Source: Hormoscilla sp.
GTDB lineage: Bacteria; Cyanobacteriota; Cyanobacteriia; Cyanobacteriales; Desertifilaceae
DNA length: 64,000 bases
Reading direction: 5' to 3'
NCBI GenBank assembly: GCA_051439505.1
Contig: JBFRWI010000151.1
Coordinates: 1-64,000, forward strand
Shown here: positions 20,362-32,131 of the stretch, piece after piece
How positions within the stretch are numbered: position 1 is the stretch's first letter
Layout: every line of letters begins with the position of its first letter
The notes under the pieces: generated by a model
Told to the model about the DNA's origin: nothing
The model's input: the letters and a program-made list of their open reading frames with translations, nothing else
Databases searched by the model: none
Program-made: the position numbers and the translations under genes

Positions 20362-21108
20362 TTAACCTACCTCTGCCAGTTTTTTCTCTAGGTCAAACAG
20401 GAAGCCGTGGATGTATTCCTCGGTCCATTCGGTGCCATAGAAGCGGGTAAACATCCCCCGTGCTGGATCCTTCTCGGCTCGATAGCGCAGGTAGCGCAGT
20501 TGCGCTTGCTTAATCTCTTCTAGATACTGATCCTCAGTGACCGGTTCTGCCTGGTCCACAAAATCTAGGTAAGCCTGGAGATAGTCACAGAAGGCAGCAA
20601 ATACCCGCGTTTCCACCACCGATGTTTCTGTAGGACGGGTCCAGAGAAACGCCGGTGAGAAGAAGGGTTGAGCTTCTGCTGGAAAGTCGCCTCCCCAGGG
20701 CAGGTGTTGTTGATGGTCTTGGAAAATAGGTAGGATCGGCTGGGTATACTTTTCCTGGTATGCCGGTCGATCGCGAAACAGCGGTTGCATATCTAGGGCG
20801 ATGAGGTGTCCCCCCGGTAAGGTGACTAGGTCGGCCCCGAAAAATGGTAGGTCATATTGGAGCTGGGGGAAAATCACGAAGTTCAATACCTGTAGCGCCT
20901 CTCCTCCCTGGACGTGGGCTGCTCGGATTTGCCGGAGCTTCTCGGTGGCAAAGGCGTGACTGGTGGTGAGCACCTCCGATTGCTTCTTCCCCTTTCCGAC
21001 TGTCGCCTGCTTGCGATCGAACCCTTCTGGGATAGGATAGGGGCTAAGGGTGAGTCGATCTTTGAGATAGTCGATCGCGTAATCTAGGAATTTCTGATAT
21101 AGAGTCAT
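20362..21108 (-). CDS. pebB: Phycoerythrobilin:ferredoxin oxidoreductase
   Basis: [31 protein letters not shown]; downstream of pebA. Confidence 0.93.
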   Translation of the reverse strand: MTLYQKFLDYAIDYLKDRLTLSPYPIPEGFDRKQATVGKGKKQSEVLTTSHAFATEKLRQIRAAHVQGGEALQVLNFVIFPQLQYDLPFFGADLVTLPGGHLIALDMQPLFRDRPAYQEKYTQPILPIFQDHQQHLPWGGDFPAEAQPFFSPAFLWTRPTETSVVETRVFAAFCDYLQAYLDFVDQAEPVTEDQYLEEIKQAQLRYLRYRAEKDPARGMFTRFYGTEWTEEYIHGFLFDLEKKLAEVG

Positions 21109-21168
21109 TTTGACATTGCTGATTAATGCTTACCAATTACCGTGAATTGACCATGCACTCTTTGGGAG

Positions 21169-21900
21169 TCATTTTTTGCTGCTGACTGCTAATGGCTTGG
21201 CATCTGCAAACAAGAACTCATACAGGAATCGTTCCGACCACTCGTGACCGAAGTAGCTGCTGAATAGACCTGATGCTGGATCCCTTTCTGCACTATATTG
21301 GTCGTAGTCTTTCTGTGCTTTGACGATCCGATCGATGTCTGCGGTATCCGTCAACGGTTCTGCTTCCTCCAGCATTTGCCAATACAAATTTAAGTATTCT
21401 ATGTATGCATCCATTAGCTTAGTCTCCACCGTCTCCGCATCAGTTTTTGCAAATAGCAAATATTTGGAAAAATACTGATTGGCATCGTAAAACTTCATTT
21501 CTAAGTTCTGCGCTAAGTCGTTGTAGCCATCGCGCACTGCTTTCATCGGCTCTATATATTTTCGGTGATACTCGGCATCTCTAAACAAGGGTTGAAAGTC
21601 TAGTACCACGATAATTTTCTTTTTGCCGAAAGACAAGAAATCTATCCCTAACAAGGGGATATCGTAACAGTGGGCCGGATAGATCACGCTGTTAAATACT
21701 TGCGCTGCTGCCCCCCCATCTATGTAGGTATAGCGGATTTTACGTAGTTCGGGGCATTTGTAACACCAACTCTGAATGGTCGCTCCTGTTTGGCCCCGAT
21801 CGCTTACCTGACGTTCCAACCCTGGGGGTATGGGCTGGCTTTGTAAATCGAACCGCCGAAATAGCTCTGTTTCTAAGTATTCCAGGTATGGTCTGTACAT
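21169..21900 (-). CDS. pebA: 15,16-dihydrobiliverdin:ferredoxin oxidoreductase
   Basis: QVFNSVIYP, PLLGIDFLSFG, YSAERDPASGLF. Confidence 0.93.
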   Translation of the reverse strand: MYRPYLEYLETELFRRFDLQSQPIPPGLERQVSDRGQTGATIQSWCYKCPELRKIRYTYIDGGAAAQVFNSVIYPAHCYDIPLLGIDFLSFGKKKIIVVLDFQPLFRDAEYHRKYIEPMKAVRDGYNDLAQNLEMKFYDANQYFSKYLLFAKTDAETVETKLMDAYIEYLNLYWQMLEEAEPLTDTADIDRIVKAQKDYDQYSAERDPASGLFSSYFGHEWSERFLYEFLFADAKPLAVSSKK

Positions 21901-22289
21901 AATGGTCCCTTGCTTTGCCTTAACTCTCCCTGAGGATAGACTAGATCTGTTGGGCCTGTCTCCTTTGCGCTCGACAAAGAAACAATCCTTAACATTCCCT
22001 ACCCCCCTTACCGACAGCTATGATAACACACCGGTAGCGACATGTGGTTTCTGAGAGCTGTTTGATTTTCAGGTGTTCTGCATGGTAGTCTGGTCTGAGA
22101 ACCGGTGGTGTCAAGGCAGGCGATAAGCAATTCAAAATTCAAAATTTAGAATTCAAAATTGGGAAAGTCCTGCCAGAACAATGATCTCAGGCGTAGACCT
22201 ATGCAATTTAAATGCATGACAGCTTAAGAAGCACGCTTCGTGCTTACTACGAACTTAAGTAACTTAAGTAAATACAGGAAGAGTGAGTA

Positions 22290-23771
22290 ATGGGCGAGAT
22301 TTGGAGAAAGTTACAAGCATTTTTAGGGATTTATGACCCTGGCCAGGAGTTAGGTTTAACAGTCTTGGCAAAAACAGATAAGTTAACTATTGTATATCAG
22401 CACTGGCAGTTGGCCAAACAAACTGCCTCCGAACTCGTCCTGCGCGGCGGCGGGTGGTGGTCTGGTTTATCTGAGGTCGGCCTCACAATTTTAATATTGG
22501 GATTGAGTTGGTTTATGGGACGCACTGACATTACTTGCATGCGCCTTGATGTGGATTCAATGTATTGCACGACGAAAAATAGACCCCTACTTGGCATATA
22601 TTATGGAGAAAATGATACTGCCTGGCAGGTGCAAAAAGCGGAGGTGAAAAGTAAAATTCCTGCCCGGGGAAGTTATGAAGTTTACCGAATTGTTTTGTTG
22701 GCTGAAGAAAAACATGTCCCGGTGACAAATGAGTTTACGCGCGATCGGGCTATGTTGGAAGAGGTGGCGGCAAAAATAAATAAATTTATTAACAACCCCG
22801 GGCAAAATATCCTGGAAATTGAAATGGAAGATTGGGGATGGAAATTACAGAAGCCCGCACCTGATTTTCTCATTTTTGCTTTTCTAGCCTGTTTATCGAT
22901 CTATTATAAAACTATAGGATCGGGAGTAACCTGTAGTTTGAATAAAACTACAGATACGGTAAAAATAAGGCAAGCCCGTAAAGGACATTTTCAGGTATCA
23001 TATCCTCTCGATACTGTTCGCGGCCTCGGCGTGGAAGAATATACTCACAGTCAGGGGAGTGGCTATCGTATTAGTTTAATTCTCGCTGATGGTCGGCGTC
23101 AACCTTTAATCAGAAATTACAGTCCCGATCGCCAGAACCAATACAAAGCAGCAGACAAAATTCGGCAGTTTCTCGGCCTGAATGAGGTGAAAGATTTGAT
23201 TTACCGAGATGGAAATGAATGGTTAGATGTTTCGACTGCCATCTCAGAACCAGAACTACCAGAAGGAGAAATTGTTTTTCAGGGAGAAAAACGAATTTAT
23301 AGGACAGCAAAGATGATTAACAGCCCCTCAATTGCTGCCTGGGATCTGGAGTTTGCCCATCTGGGTTTCCAACTGTTAGGAAATCTGCAAATAACTCCTT
23401 ATGGGGCGATCGGGCGCTGCTACGGGCAACAAAATGGCTACAGTTATGCTTATGTAAAAGAGGGTAATAGCTGGGAATTTCAAACTACCTTTGCTGGAGA
23501 TGCCTCCCTCATAACTAGCACGAGGTATTTTCTCTCCGACATTCAGAGTAGAAGGATTTTTCGTAACTCTTATCCGGGAATGGGAATAGCACAGCTTTAT
23601 CGCTGCCATCAGGAAAGAGTGCAAGAATTGGCGATCGCCTATGGGGAACCTCACCTTGTCGAGTGCGACTTGCAAGCATTTGCTGCTACCTGCGATCGGG
23701 TGCTAGGGCGGATGCCATCGAATCTATTCGAGAAGTTTTTAGCACAGGTTTTTCCGTTATTACTTTCTTGA
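22290..23771 (+). CDS. Hypothetical membrane protein
   Basis: 493-aa ORF with purine-rich RBS-like sequence and two hydrophobic segments, each followed by a beta-rich region; no family recognised. Confidence 0.7.
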   Translation: MGEIWRKLQAFLGIYDPGQELGLTVLAKTDKLTIVYQHWQLAKQTASELVLRGGGWWSGLSEVGLTILILGLSWFMGRTDITCMRLDVDSMYCTTKNRPLLGIYYGENDTAWQVQKAEVKSKIPARGSYEVYRIVLLAEEKHVPVTNEFTRDRAMLEEVAAKINKFINNPGQNILEIEMEDWGWKLQKPAPDFLIFAFLACLSIYYKTIGSGVTCSLNKTTDTVKIRQARKGHFQVSYPLDTVRGLGVEEYTHSQGSGYRISLILADGRRQPLIRNYSPDRQNQYKAADKIRQFLGLNEVKDLIYRDGNEWLDVSTAISEPELPEGEIVFQGEKRIYRTAKMINSPSIAAWDLEFAHLGFQLLGNLQITPYGAIGRCYGQQNGYSYAYVKEGNSWEFQTTFAGDASLITSTRYFLSDIQSRRIFRNSYPGMGIAQLYRCHQERVQELAIAYGEPHLVECDLQAFAATCDRVLGRMPSNLFEKFLAQVFPLLLS

Positions 23772-24206
23772 AACTAGGTGTAAAATTGGAAATAAATAGC
23801 GGGATTGCTGACTGGAAATATTTTTCAAGTTCTTCTTTCATCTTTACCTAATTCCTGATTTTTAGATCCTGTTAGCGACATACTGCGGCTTCACCCCTGC
23901 CTTATATGTTATCTGACAAATGCCCGATCGCACCCGCAGAAGTTATTTTTGCCGCACTCATGTCCTGGAGATTTCTCATCGCCCAGTTCGATGCTTCACC
24001 TGCATCACGCGCTCGGGATAAGATAAATCTAGCGCAAAAATATTAATGTTGTAGGTTTTGTCTCCGCACGAAACCCAACCCGCGATATGTTGTTAGCTTT
24101 GCGCCTGTTGGGTTTGCTGTCAACCCAACCACAGAGATGTCATGCATCTTCGTTGCACCCGATCGCATCTTTCTGTTGCGGCTCTCTTTTCAATAGTGTT
24201 AACATA

Positions 24207-24554
24207 TCATAACGGAAGATATTGGACGCGGTTAGCACAATCTTCCGGATCGGATGCTTTAGCTATCAGTTCTAAGTCGCGGACACAATCACCAATGGAA
24301 ACATTCTGCTGATGGGTGTAGATAACACCCGCAAAATTTATTCCCTCAGCAAGACGCAGATTAGCTTCCACAAGAAAATCATCATCTTGCGAAAACATAA
24401 CTCGCCCAAGTCCAGTAGCACGATCGAGTAAAATGGAGTCGGATGTGCCAGTGCGACCATCTTCTTGAACAGTCAAAACATCCACACCCCGCTGACGCAA
24501 TCCCTTTGTAATTGGTTTGGGTACTTGCTCATCCATATACAGGGCAATACTCAC
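24207..24554 (-). CDS. DUF5615 family PIN-like toxin
   Basis: LYMDEQVP...LRQRGVDVLTV...SD..LL...SQDDDFL pattern; overlaps upstream DUF433 gene. Confidence 0.85.
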   Translation of the reverse strand: MSIALYMDEQVPKPITKGLRQRGVDVLTVQEDGRTGTSDSILLDRATGLGRVMFSQDDDFLVEANLRLAEGINFAGVIYTHQQNVSIGDCVRDLELIAKASDPEDCANRVQYLPL

Positions 24555-24874
24555 TTCAGATACCCCTTTTCCCGTAGTTTTTTCGCAAGAGGAGATTCTC
24601 CCGCTTCTCGGCGAAGTTTTTCGACATACTGGAATCGTCGTTCCATATCGGCATCAAGTTCTTCTTTATTATCCCAATAGTACGCCAAGGCCGAATAAAT
24701 TTTGCTCATGGAAACATGAGGATAGTTGTCATGCAATTCTTCCGGACTCCAACCGTAAGCTTTCACTGATGTCACCAATTCTACTACTTTCATCGTAGTT
24801 CCAGTGATGTACGGCACCTGGCGATCGTCTAGTTGGATATGTTTATACTCAGTGCTTGCTAATACCATTCTCAA
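24551..24874 (-). CDS. DUF433 family antitoxin
   Basis: PYITGTTMKV...SPEEL...YPHVS..IYSALAYY pattern. Confidence 0.87.
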   Translation of the reverse strand: MRMVLASTEYKHIQLDDRQVPYITGTTMKVVELVTSVKAYGWSPEELHDNYPHVSMSKIYSALAYYWDNKEELDADMERRFQYVEKLRREAGESPLAKKLREKGYLK

Positions 24875-24898
24875 TGCTCCATTTTAAATTCTACCTTC

Positions 24899-25321
24899 TC
24901 ACTCCAGAGAATAACCTGTTGTTTTTTCAATATATTCCAGCACCTTTTCATAAGCATCTTTGTTGCTGCGGGGATGGAGGACGATCGGGTCTTTGCTATC
25001 AGGCAACCAAAAGGTCAGCTTTTTACTATTTGGTTCGCATGAAAAAGCACTTATGCGGTTAAGATCTACCACATATTCCTCCCGATCGTAACTGAATTTT
25101 ATCCAATTTGCTCCTAATGAATAACCAGTTATTTTTCTGAGGTACTCCTGCACTTTATAATAGCTTTCCGGGTTGCCTTTGGGATTGATGATAATCGGAA
25201 CACCGCTATCAGGCAACCAAAACGTGATCTTGCCGTTCGGCGCACTCGAAAAGGCACCGATGCGATCGAGATCGATCGCGTAAATATCTCTGTTATCGAT
25301 GATTTTGACCCAAGATGCCAC
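24899..25321 (-). CDS. Hypothetical protein made of two tandem ~70-aa repeats
   Basis: W(V/I)K..DL(D/N)RI(G/S)AFS..K(I/L)TFWLPDS..PI..P..Y.KV.EY..K.TGYSL occurs twice. Confidence 0.75.
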   Translation of the reverse strand: MASWVKIIDNRDIYAIDLDRIGAFSSAPNGKITFWLPDSGVPIIINPKGNPESYYKVQEYLRKITGYSLGANWIKFSYDREEYVVDLNRISAFSCEPNSKKLTFWLPDSKDPIVLHPRSNKDAYEKVLEYIEKTTGYSLE

Positions 25322-25460
25322 AGTCCCACCGCCGATTGCTGTTGGCTTAGATCATACTGCCGCTGGGGAGACTGAGGTTGTGATATCTCTCACCTGCTGG
25401 GTGCCATGGGCGAAGCATTTTTCCCCAAAAGGCTGTCGCGCCTTTTGGGGAAAAATGCCA

Positions 25461-27077
<1,617 letters not shown>

Positions 27078-27223
27078 CTAATTTATATACTCACGCAATT
27101 GAGCCATCCTCTTTTCGCCGACCACCCGATGCTGATTTTTCCCTGGCGCATTTTACCAGAATTTCTACCCTACCGCACAATTGGTATTTTTCTTCATCCC
27201 ATAGCTCCGCCCCAATGCCAGAA

Positions 27224-27386
27224 TTTAGCAATGGCGGAAAACCTGCTAGTATATGAGGTGGAGACGAGGAGCTGGCAGTGGCACATGGCAGAAATTCAAG
27301 CCGTGGGCATTACGGAGGATAAAGTGGTAAAACTGATGGCCAGAAATATCCAAAAGCTGCCAGCAACAACCCAGCGATCGCTCTGA
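27224..27386 (+). pseudogene. Internal fragment of a Ser/Thr kinase-AAA ATPase type sensor
   Basis: ENLL....WQW....IQAVGIT..VV.LMARNIQKLP.TTQ resembles the post-AAA region of those proteins; ends at a HIP1 site. Confidence 0.6.
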
Positions 27387-27421
27387 ATAGGGTTCGCGTA
27401 TATATAAAGATATATACTCTG

Positions 27422-29194
27422 ATGCAAAAAATTATCGGATTAGCTACATTAGGAACAGTTGTGCTGACATCCCCGGCCTGGGCAGAACAACCGCTATTTG
27501 TGGTCTATCCACCCGCCGAACATGAAACTACAGCCCCACAGATATTTTTGATTGGTACGGCCCCGACTTCCGGAGAAGTATTGGTTAATGGTAATAGGAT
27601 CGATCGCAGTCAGGCGGGACATTTTGCCCCGAGTTTTCCCTTGCAGCTGGGAGAAAATATATTTATTCTGCGCTATCAAGACCAGGAACTAAAGATTAAA
27701 GTAACTCGCAAGTCAACGGCACCACCAGCAGCTGTAGGGATGGCATTTGCAGAAGGTTCCCTCAAACCAGCAGTAGATATAGCTAGGATGCCAGGCGATC
27801 GGTTGTGTTTTGGGGCGATCGCTCCGGTGAACGCCACAGTTTCCGTACAGTTGGGGGCTCGCACAATTCCCCTGGGGCCTCAACCCCAAGACCTGCAACT
27901 GCCGCCCAATTATGCCGTATTAACAGGGGAAAACCAGCCCAATTTTCAAGAGGAGGCGGGCAGTCAATACTCCGGTTGTACCATTCTGCCCCAGGCGAAC
28001 AACAGGACGCCGATCGATTTAGGCCAACCCAGGTTTCAACTGACCGTGAATGGTCGGACAATGACGCAGTTAGGGCCGGGAAAGATTTCGGTTTTGTCTG
28101 GTACCCAATTTGAGATTGCCGAAGTTACTGTTGACTCCGGTATTGCCCGCACTGGCCCCAGTACCAACTATTCTCGCCTCACCCCTCTGCCCAAAGGAAC
28201 CATATCTGCCATTACCGGACGTGAAGGAGAGTGGTTGAGACTAGACTATGGAGCATGGATACGCAGCAGAGAAACCCGCACTTATACCAGTTCCGCGCCG
28301 CCGACATCCTTAATTCGCAGTGTCCGGGCCCGTCAGATACCAGGTTGGACAGAGGTGCTATTTCCCTTGCAAGTGCCAGTACCGGTGAGTGTAGAGCAAC
28401 ATACTGACACCATTACCTTAAATCTCTACAACACCACTGCCCAAACGGACACAATTTTCTTTAATGACGACCCGCTGATAGAACGGCTAGACTGGCAACA
28501 GACATCACCTACCCAATTGCAATATATCTTTGAGATTAAAGGGGCCCAACAGTGGGGCTACAAGCTCAGATATGAAGGCACAACTCTGATATTGTCCCTG
28601 CGCCATCCTCCAGAAGTGAAGAGAAGGGGGCGCAAACCCTTATCGGGAATGTCTATTCTGCTAGACCCGGGACATGGCAGCGAGAATGATTTGGGTGCGA
28701 GAGGGCCAAATGGCTATCCTGAAAAAGATGTGGCCCTGATTATCTCCCAGTTATTAGCAGAGGAGTTGCGGCGACGGGGTGCCACGGTGATTATGACTCG
28801 GGAAGGAGATGACGATCTGTGGCCCCACGATCGGGTAGAGATAATCGAACGGACAGAACCAGATCTAGCTCTGAGTTTGCACTACAATGCCTTACCAGAT
28901 AGCGGAGATGCGATCGGGACTGCGGGTATCGGCAGTTTCTGGTATCATCCCCAAGCTCACAGTCTCGCAGTATTTTTACATAACTATCTAGTCGCACAGC
29001 TCGATCGTCCCTCTTACGGGGTGTTTTGGAATAATCTGGCTTTAACCCGTCCATCTGTGGCCCCAGCCGTGTTATTGGAATTGGGATTTATGATCAATCC
29101 GGTAGAATTTGAGTGGATCATCAATCCCAGGGAGCAGGAAAAAATGGCCGATACCCTGGCAGATGGCATCGTGCAATGGGTCAAAGGCCATTAG
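27422..29194 (+). CDS. N-acetylmuramoyl-L-alanine amidase (Amidase_3) with SH3-like domain
   Basis: Signal peptide, ARTGPST SH3b-like motif, LLDPGHG, EKDV, SLHYNA, VLLELGF. Confidence 0.92.
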   Translation: MQKIIGLATLGTVVLTSPAWAEQPLFVVYPPAEHETTAPQIFLIGTAPTSGEVLVNGNRIDRSQAGHFAPSFPLQLGENIFILRYQDQELKIKVTRKSTAPPAAVGMAFAEGSLKPAVDIARMPGDRLCFGAIAPVNATVSVQLGARTIPLGPQPQDLQLPPNYAVLTGENQPNFQEEAGSQYSGCTILPQANNRTPIDLGQPRFQLTVNGRTMTQLGPGKISVLSGTQFEIAEVTVDSGIARTGPSTNYSRLTPLPKGTISAITGREGEWLRLDYGAWIRSRETRTYTSSAPPTSLIRSVRARQIPGWTEVLFPLQVPVPVSVEQHTDTITLNLYNTTAQTDTIFFNDDPLIERLDWQQTSPTQLQYIFEIKGAQQWGYKLRYEGTTLILSLRHPPEVKRRGRKPLSGMSILLDPGHGSENDLGARGPNGYPEKDVALIISQLLAEELRRRGATVIMTREGDDDLWPHDRVEIIERTEPDLALSLHYNALPDSGDAIGTAGIGSFWYHPQAHSLAVFLHNYLVAQLDRPSYGVFWNNLALTRPSVAPAVLLELGFMINPVEFEWIINPREQEKMADTLADGIVQWVKGH

Positions 29195-29213
29195 TGACGG
29201 GTGATCAGTGACG

Positions 29214-29250
29214 GATGAGGGCCATCGACACCCGATCGATGGCCCTCATC
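29214..29250. terminator. Hairpin after amidase gene
   Basis: gatgagggccatcga...tcgatggccctcatc inverted repeat. Confidence 0.65.
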
Positions 29251-29435
29251 ATATGAGTAATTATACTAGATATTCGATATTGTCAGTTGTTAAACCCATG
29301 TTAGGGATGACAGTTGGGCAACTGCACGGCGAGATCTGACAAGTGCGAGTGACATAAACAACAGGGGTTCGCGCTCAAAGCAACAGGGTGCGAACAGAAG
29401 ACCATTTTGTCCCTCGGGCCTTGCAGATGCAAATA

Positions 29436-30180
29436 GGGACAGTTGAGGAACTAGAACAGTAGTGCCTCACTGTTTGACCTGCCCGATAAACAATGAAGAC
29501 ATAGCTGAGAACCCGCCCGCCGAACCCTAAAGGGTCCGGCTACACTCACAAAGCCCGCCTGCGCGGGCTAGGTTAGATGCATTATCGTTGCACCCGATTA
29601 AAACCTTAGGCAGGAAACAATTTTCAGGCAACAGCATTCTCAAATGCTATCAGCAAATTGAGACTATAACAGTATTGTTTAACTGCCCGAACATCACTGA
29701 AGAGTTCAAAAATCACAAGTTCTCAGCCAGCAACAACTCTCTCAATAGTGGGACAGTTGCCAAACTGGAACAGAAGTTACACTCAGTTCGATCGAGTTGA
29801 TTAACAATGAAGACATAGCTAAGGATAGCATTCCGAAGCTGAAAGTAACCCAAGAAGCGAAGCGAACGAAAATTTTTAGTTTGTCGGGAAACATTTTTCA
29901 GGCAGCCGCATTCTGAAAGACTACGAGCTAATAAAAAGTTAAACTGTTGCGGAACGATTACCTAAATGCTTAACTGGCCTGATGCTCTAAGCTAATAACT
30001 TATAAACCAGAAAAACCTCTCTGGTGAGACAGTTATCAAACTGGAACAGGAGTTACACCAAGTTGAAGCTAGATGACCCACAATAAAGACATAGCTTAAG
30101 GTTGCACCGCTGAAAAAATCCCCAGAAGTAATCAATATTTTTGGGCTAGTCGGGAAACATTTTTCAGGCAACAGCATTCT
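29436..30180 (+). repeat. Three tandem copies of a ~280-310-nt non-coding module with three conserved boxes
   Basis: Box A at 29436/29750/30026; box B CAAT(G/A)AAGACATAGCT at 29491/29805/30081; box C GGAAACA..TTTTCAGGCA.C.GCATTCT ending 29640/29914/30180. Confidence 0.88.
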
Positions 30181-30267
30181 ATAAGCACGTGAGCTAAAAA
30201 AGTTGCTCAGTCATTTTTAAAGCTGAGAACTTAAAAAGTTAAACATCAAACTAACAAGTGCAAAACG

Positions 30268-31494
30268 ATGAAAACCTCTACCATGAAAACCTCTCTAAAA
30301 CGCTTTGCTGCTCTGACCGCTGCTACCCTCTCTACAGTAAGTGCGATCGCCCCATCTGTGGCGGCAACCTTTGCCCAACGGGAAGTCGAACAAGACAACT
30401 TTATCGCGGTGGCTGCACCTCGTGGTATTGTTGGTTATCAACTGTTCGTGCTGGAACAAAAATCTAACCAACGTGCTTGCTGGAGTGAAACTCCACAAGC
30501 TGATGGGACAACTCTTGTAGACCCATTGCTGCTAAACTTTGACTTCACTGGAATTTGCGGACGGGGCACCGACAGTAATGGCTTTTCCATCCGGGCGGCA
30601 GGTCAAGACATGGCCTTGAAATACAGTCTCCGCGTCCAGGAACGGAATGGGGATCTCGTACTCCTGGGAGTTCCCGATGACCGGAATTCCCCAGAACTGG
30701 AAATTGGTCGCACCAATGGCGTCAAAAAAGATTACGTCAAAATTGAACTCAATCCCGGTTGGCGCTTTAGCAAACGAACCTACGAGGGCAAGGAGCTGGG
30801 TCACATCTATTTTACCAACAATCTTGACCCGATCGCGATCGCCAATGGTCAGGTAGATAATACGATTCCGGACATTCCCAACCCCACCCCCAGCTTCGGT
30901 GACATCGCCAATGACATCTATGAGGATGAAATTAACGCCGCAGTTGACCTGGGATTCATCTCTGGTTTTGCTGAAGACAATACCTTCCGCCCCCAAGTGG
31001 CTTTAACTCGCGAGCAACTGGTCTCGATGATCTTGGAATCTCTGAGCGGGCTACCGGGTGCCAACATCAACATTCCCACTCAAGCTTTCTCTAATCCTTA
31101 TCCTGATGTGGAGACTTCACGCTGGAGTGCGGCCAAGATTCAATGGGCGAAAGATAATAACATTGTCAGCGGTTACACTGACGGAACATTCCGCCCGGCA
31201 CAACCCGTGACGCGAGCTGAACTGATGGCCATACAACGGCGTGCTGCTGAGTTTGCCAAGGGTATGAGTGGGCTTCCTCAACAACTGACCGCCAAACAGC
31301 CTGTCACTAATTTCTCGGATACTGACAATCACTGGGCAGATCCTGTCATCTCTCAAATGTCTTCCTACTGCTCTGTGGCCTCGCCGCTGAATGAAATAGG
31401 CGATCGCTTTGTCCCTGACGATTATGCTCGCCGCAACTATGCAGCAGCATCAACTCTGCGGATGCTCAACTGCGTTAAGTCTGAGTCTTTCTAA
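30268..31494 (+). CDS. DUF3747 and S-layer homology (SLH) domain protein
   Basis: Signal peptide, VDPLLLNFDFTGICGR.TDSNGFSIR (DUF3747), SLH repeats FRP...TR. Confidence 0.88.
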   Translation: MKTSTMKTSLKRFAALTAATLSTVSAIAPSVAATFAQREVEQDNFIAVAAPRGIVGYQLFVLEQKSNQRACWSETPQADGTTLVDPLLLNFDFTGICGRGTDSNGFSIRAAGQDMALKYSLRVQERNGDLVLLGVPDDRNSPELEIGRTNGVKKDYVKIELNPGWRFSKRTYEGKELGHIYFTNNLDPIAIANGQVDNTIPDIPNPTPSFGDIANDIYEDEINAAVDLGFISGFAEDNTFRPQVALTREQLVSMILESLSGLPGANINIPTQAFSNPYPDVETSRWSAAKIQWAKDNNIVSGYTDGTFRPAQPVTRAELMAIQRRAAEFAKGMSGLPQQLTAKQPVTNFSDTDNHWADPVISQMSSYCSVASPLNEIGDRFVPDDYARRNYAAASTLRMLNCVKSESF

Positions 31495-31515
31495 CCTCTC
31501 TAAATTTGATTAGTT

Positions 31516-31587
31516 GTAGGGTGGGCATTGCCCACCTTACTTATTTTTTTTGCGTAGGGTGGGCATTGCCCACCTTACTTATTTTTT
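31516..31587. repeat. Tandem pair of GTAG-type REP hairpins
   Basis: gtagggtgggcattgcccaccttacttattttt twice, just after the DUF3747 gene. Confidence 0.85.
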
Positions 31588-31804
31588 GGGTATCATAGCA
31601 TTTGCTAGACTGGCAATCAATACTCTGGAACATAATAGGATCGATCCTGCTGCGCACTTCGCGATCGTTCACCGGGACCTCACCAGAGAGCGGGTGAGGT
31701 AACAAAAGTCTTGACCAGACGATCTTTAAACTCTTGAACATCCCGAACGAGGAGATATATTTATGAAAGGCGATCGGCATATCCATCCTAGAGGGAAAGA
31801 GGAG

Positions 31805-31954
31805 CAGGGCACTGGTTGCTGTCTGATTAATAAAACTGCTGAAACTCTTACATAATTATATAACTTACATAACAGGGTGCGCGTTGATTTCAGAGAAAAT
31901 AGCTATATCCTTTACTGGCTGAGGGTTTCTTTTAATTAGACTGAACCAGTCCCT
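31805..31954. mobile_element. Putative MITE
   Basis: Imperfect terminal inverted repeats cagggcactggtt..gtctgattaa / ttaattagactgaaccagtccctg, no ORF. Confidence 0.55.
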
Positions 31955-32131
31955 GTGCTGGATCTCCTGGGTCGATCGTGTAAAATGTGTAAAATGTATA
32001 GCACAATACATCTTAGCCCCAAAAAGGCTAAAATCCTTGATTTTGCCTGGATATAATATTTACTTATCACCCAAAACCCAGGAGACCCACTGTGCTAAAC
32101 TAGCAGGACAGTAAATCAGGGGAGAAAGAAG

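Noticed and set aside
24207..24874. DUF433/DUF5615 pair as a novel system
   Set aside because: Common type II toxin-antitoxin arrangement in cyanobacteria
29436..30180. Known riboswitch (c-di-AMP ydaO, glnA, cobalamin, c-di-GMP) or CRISPR
   Set aside because: Consensus motifs of these classes were not found by eye; unit length is far too long for CRISPR
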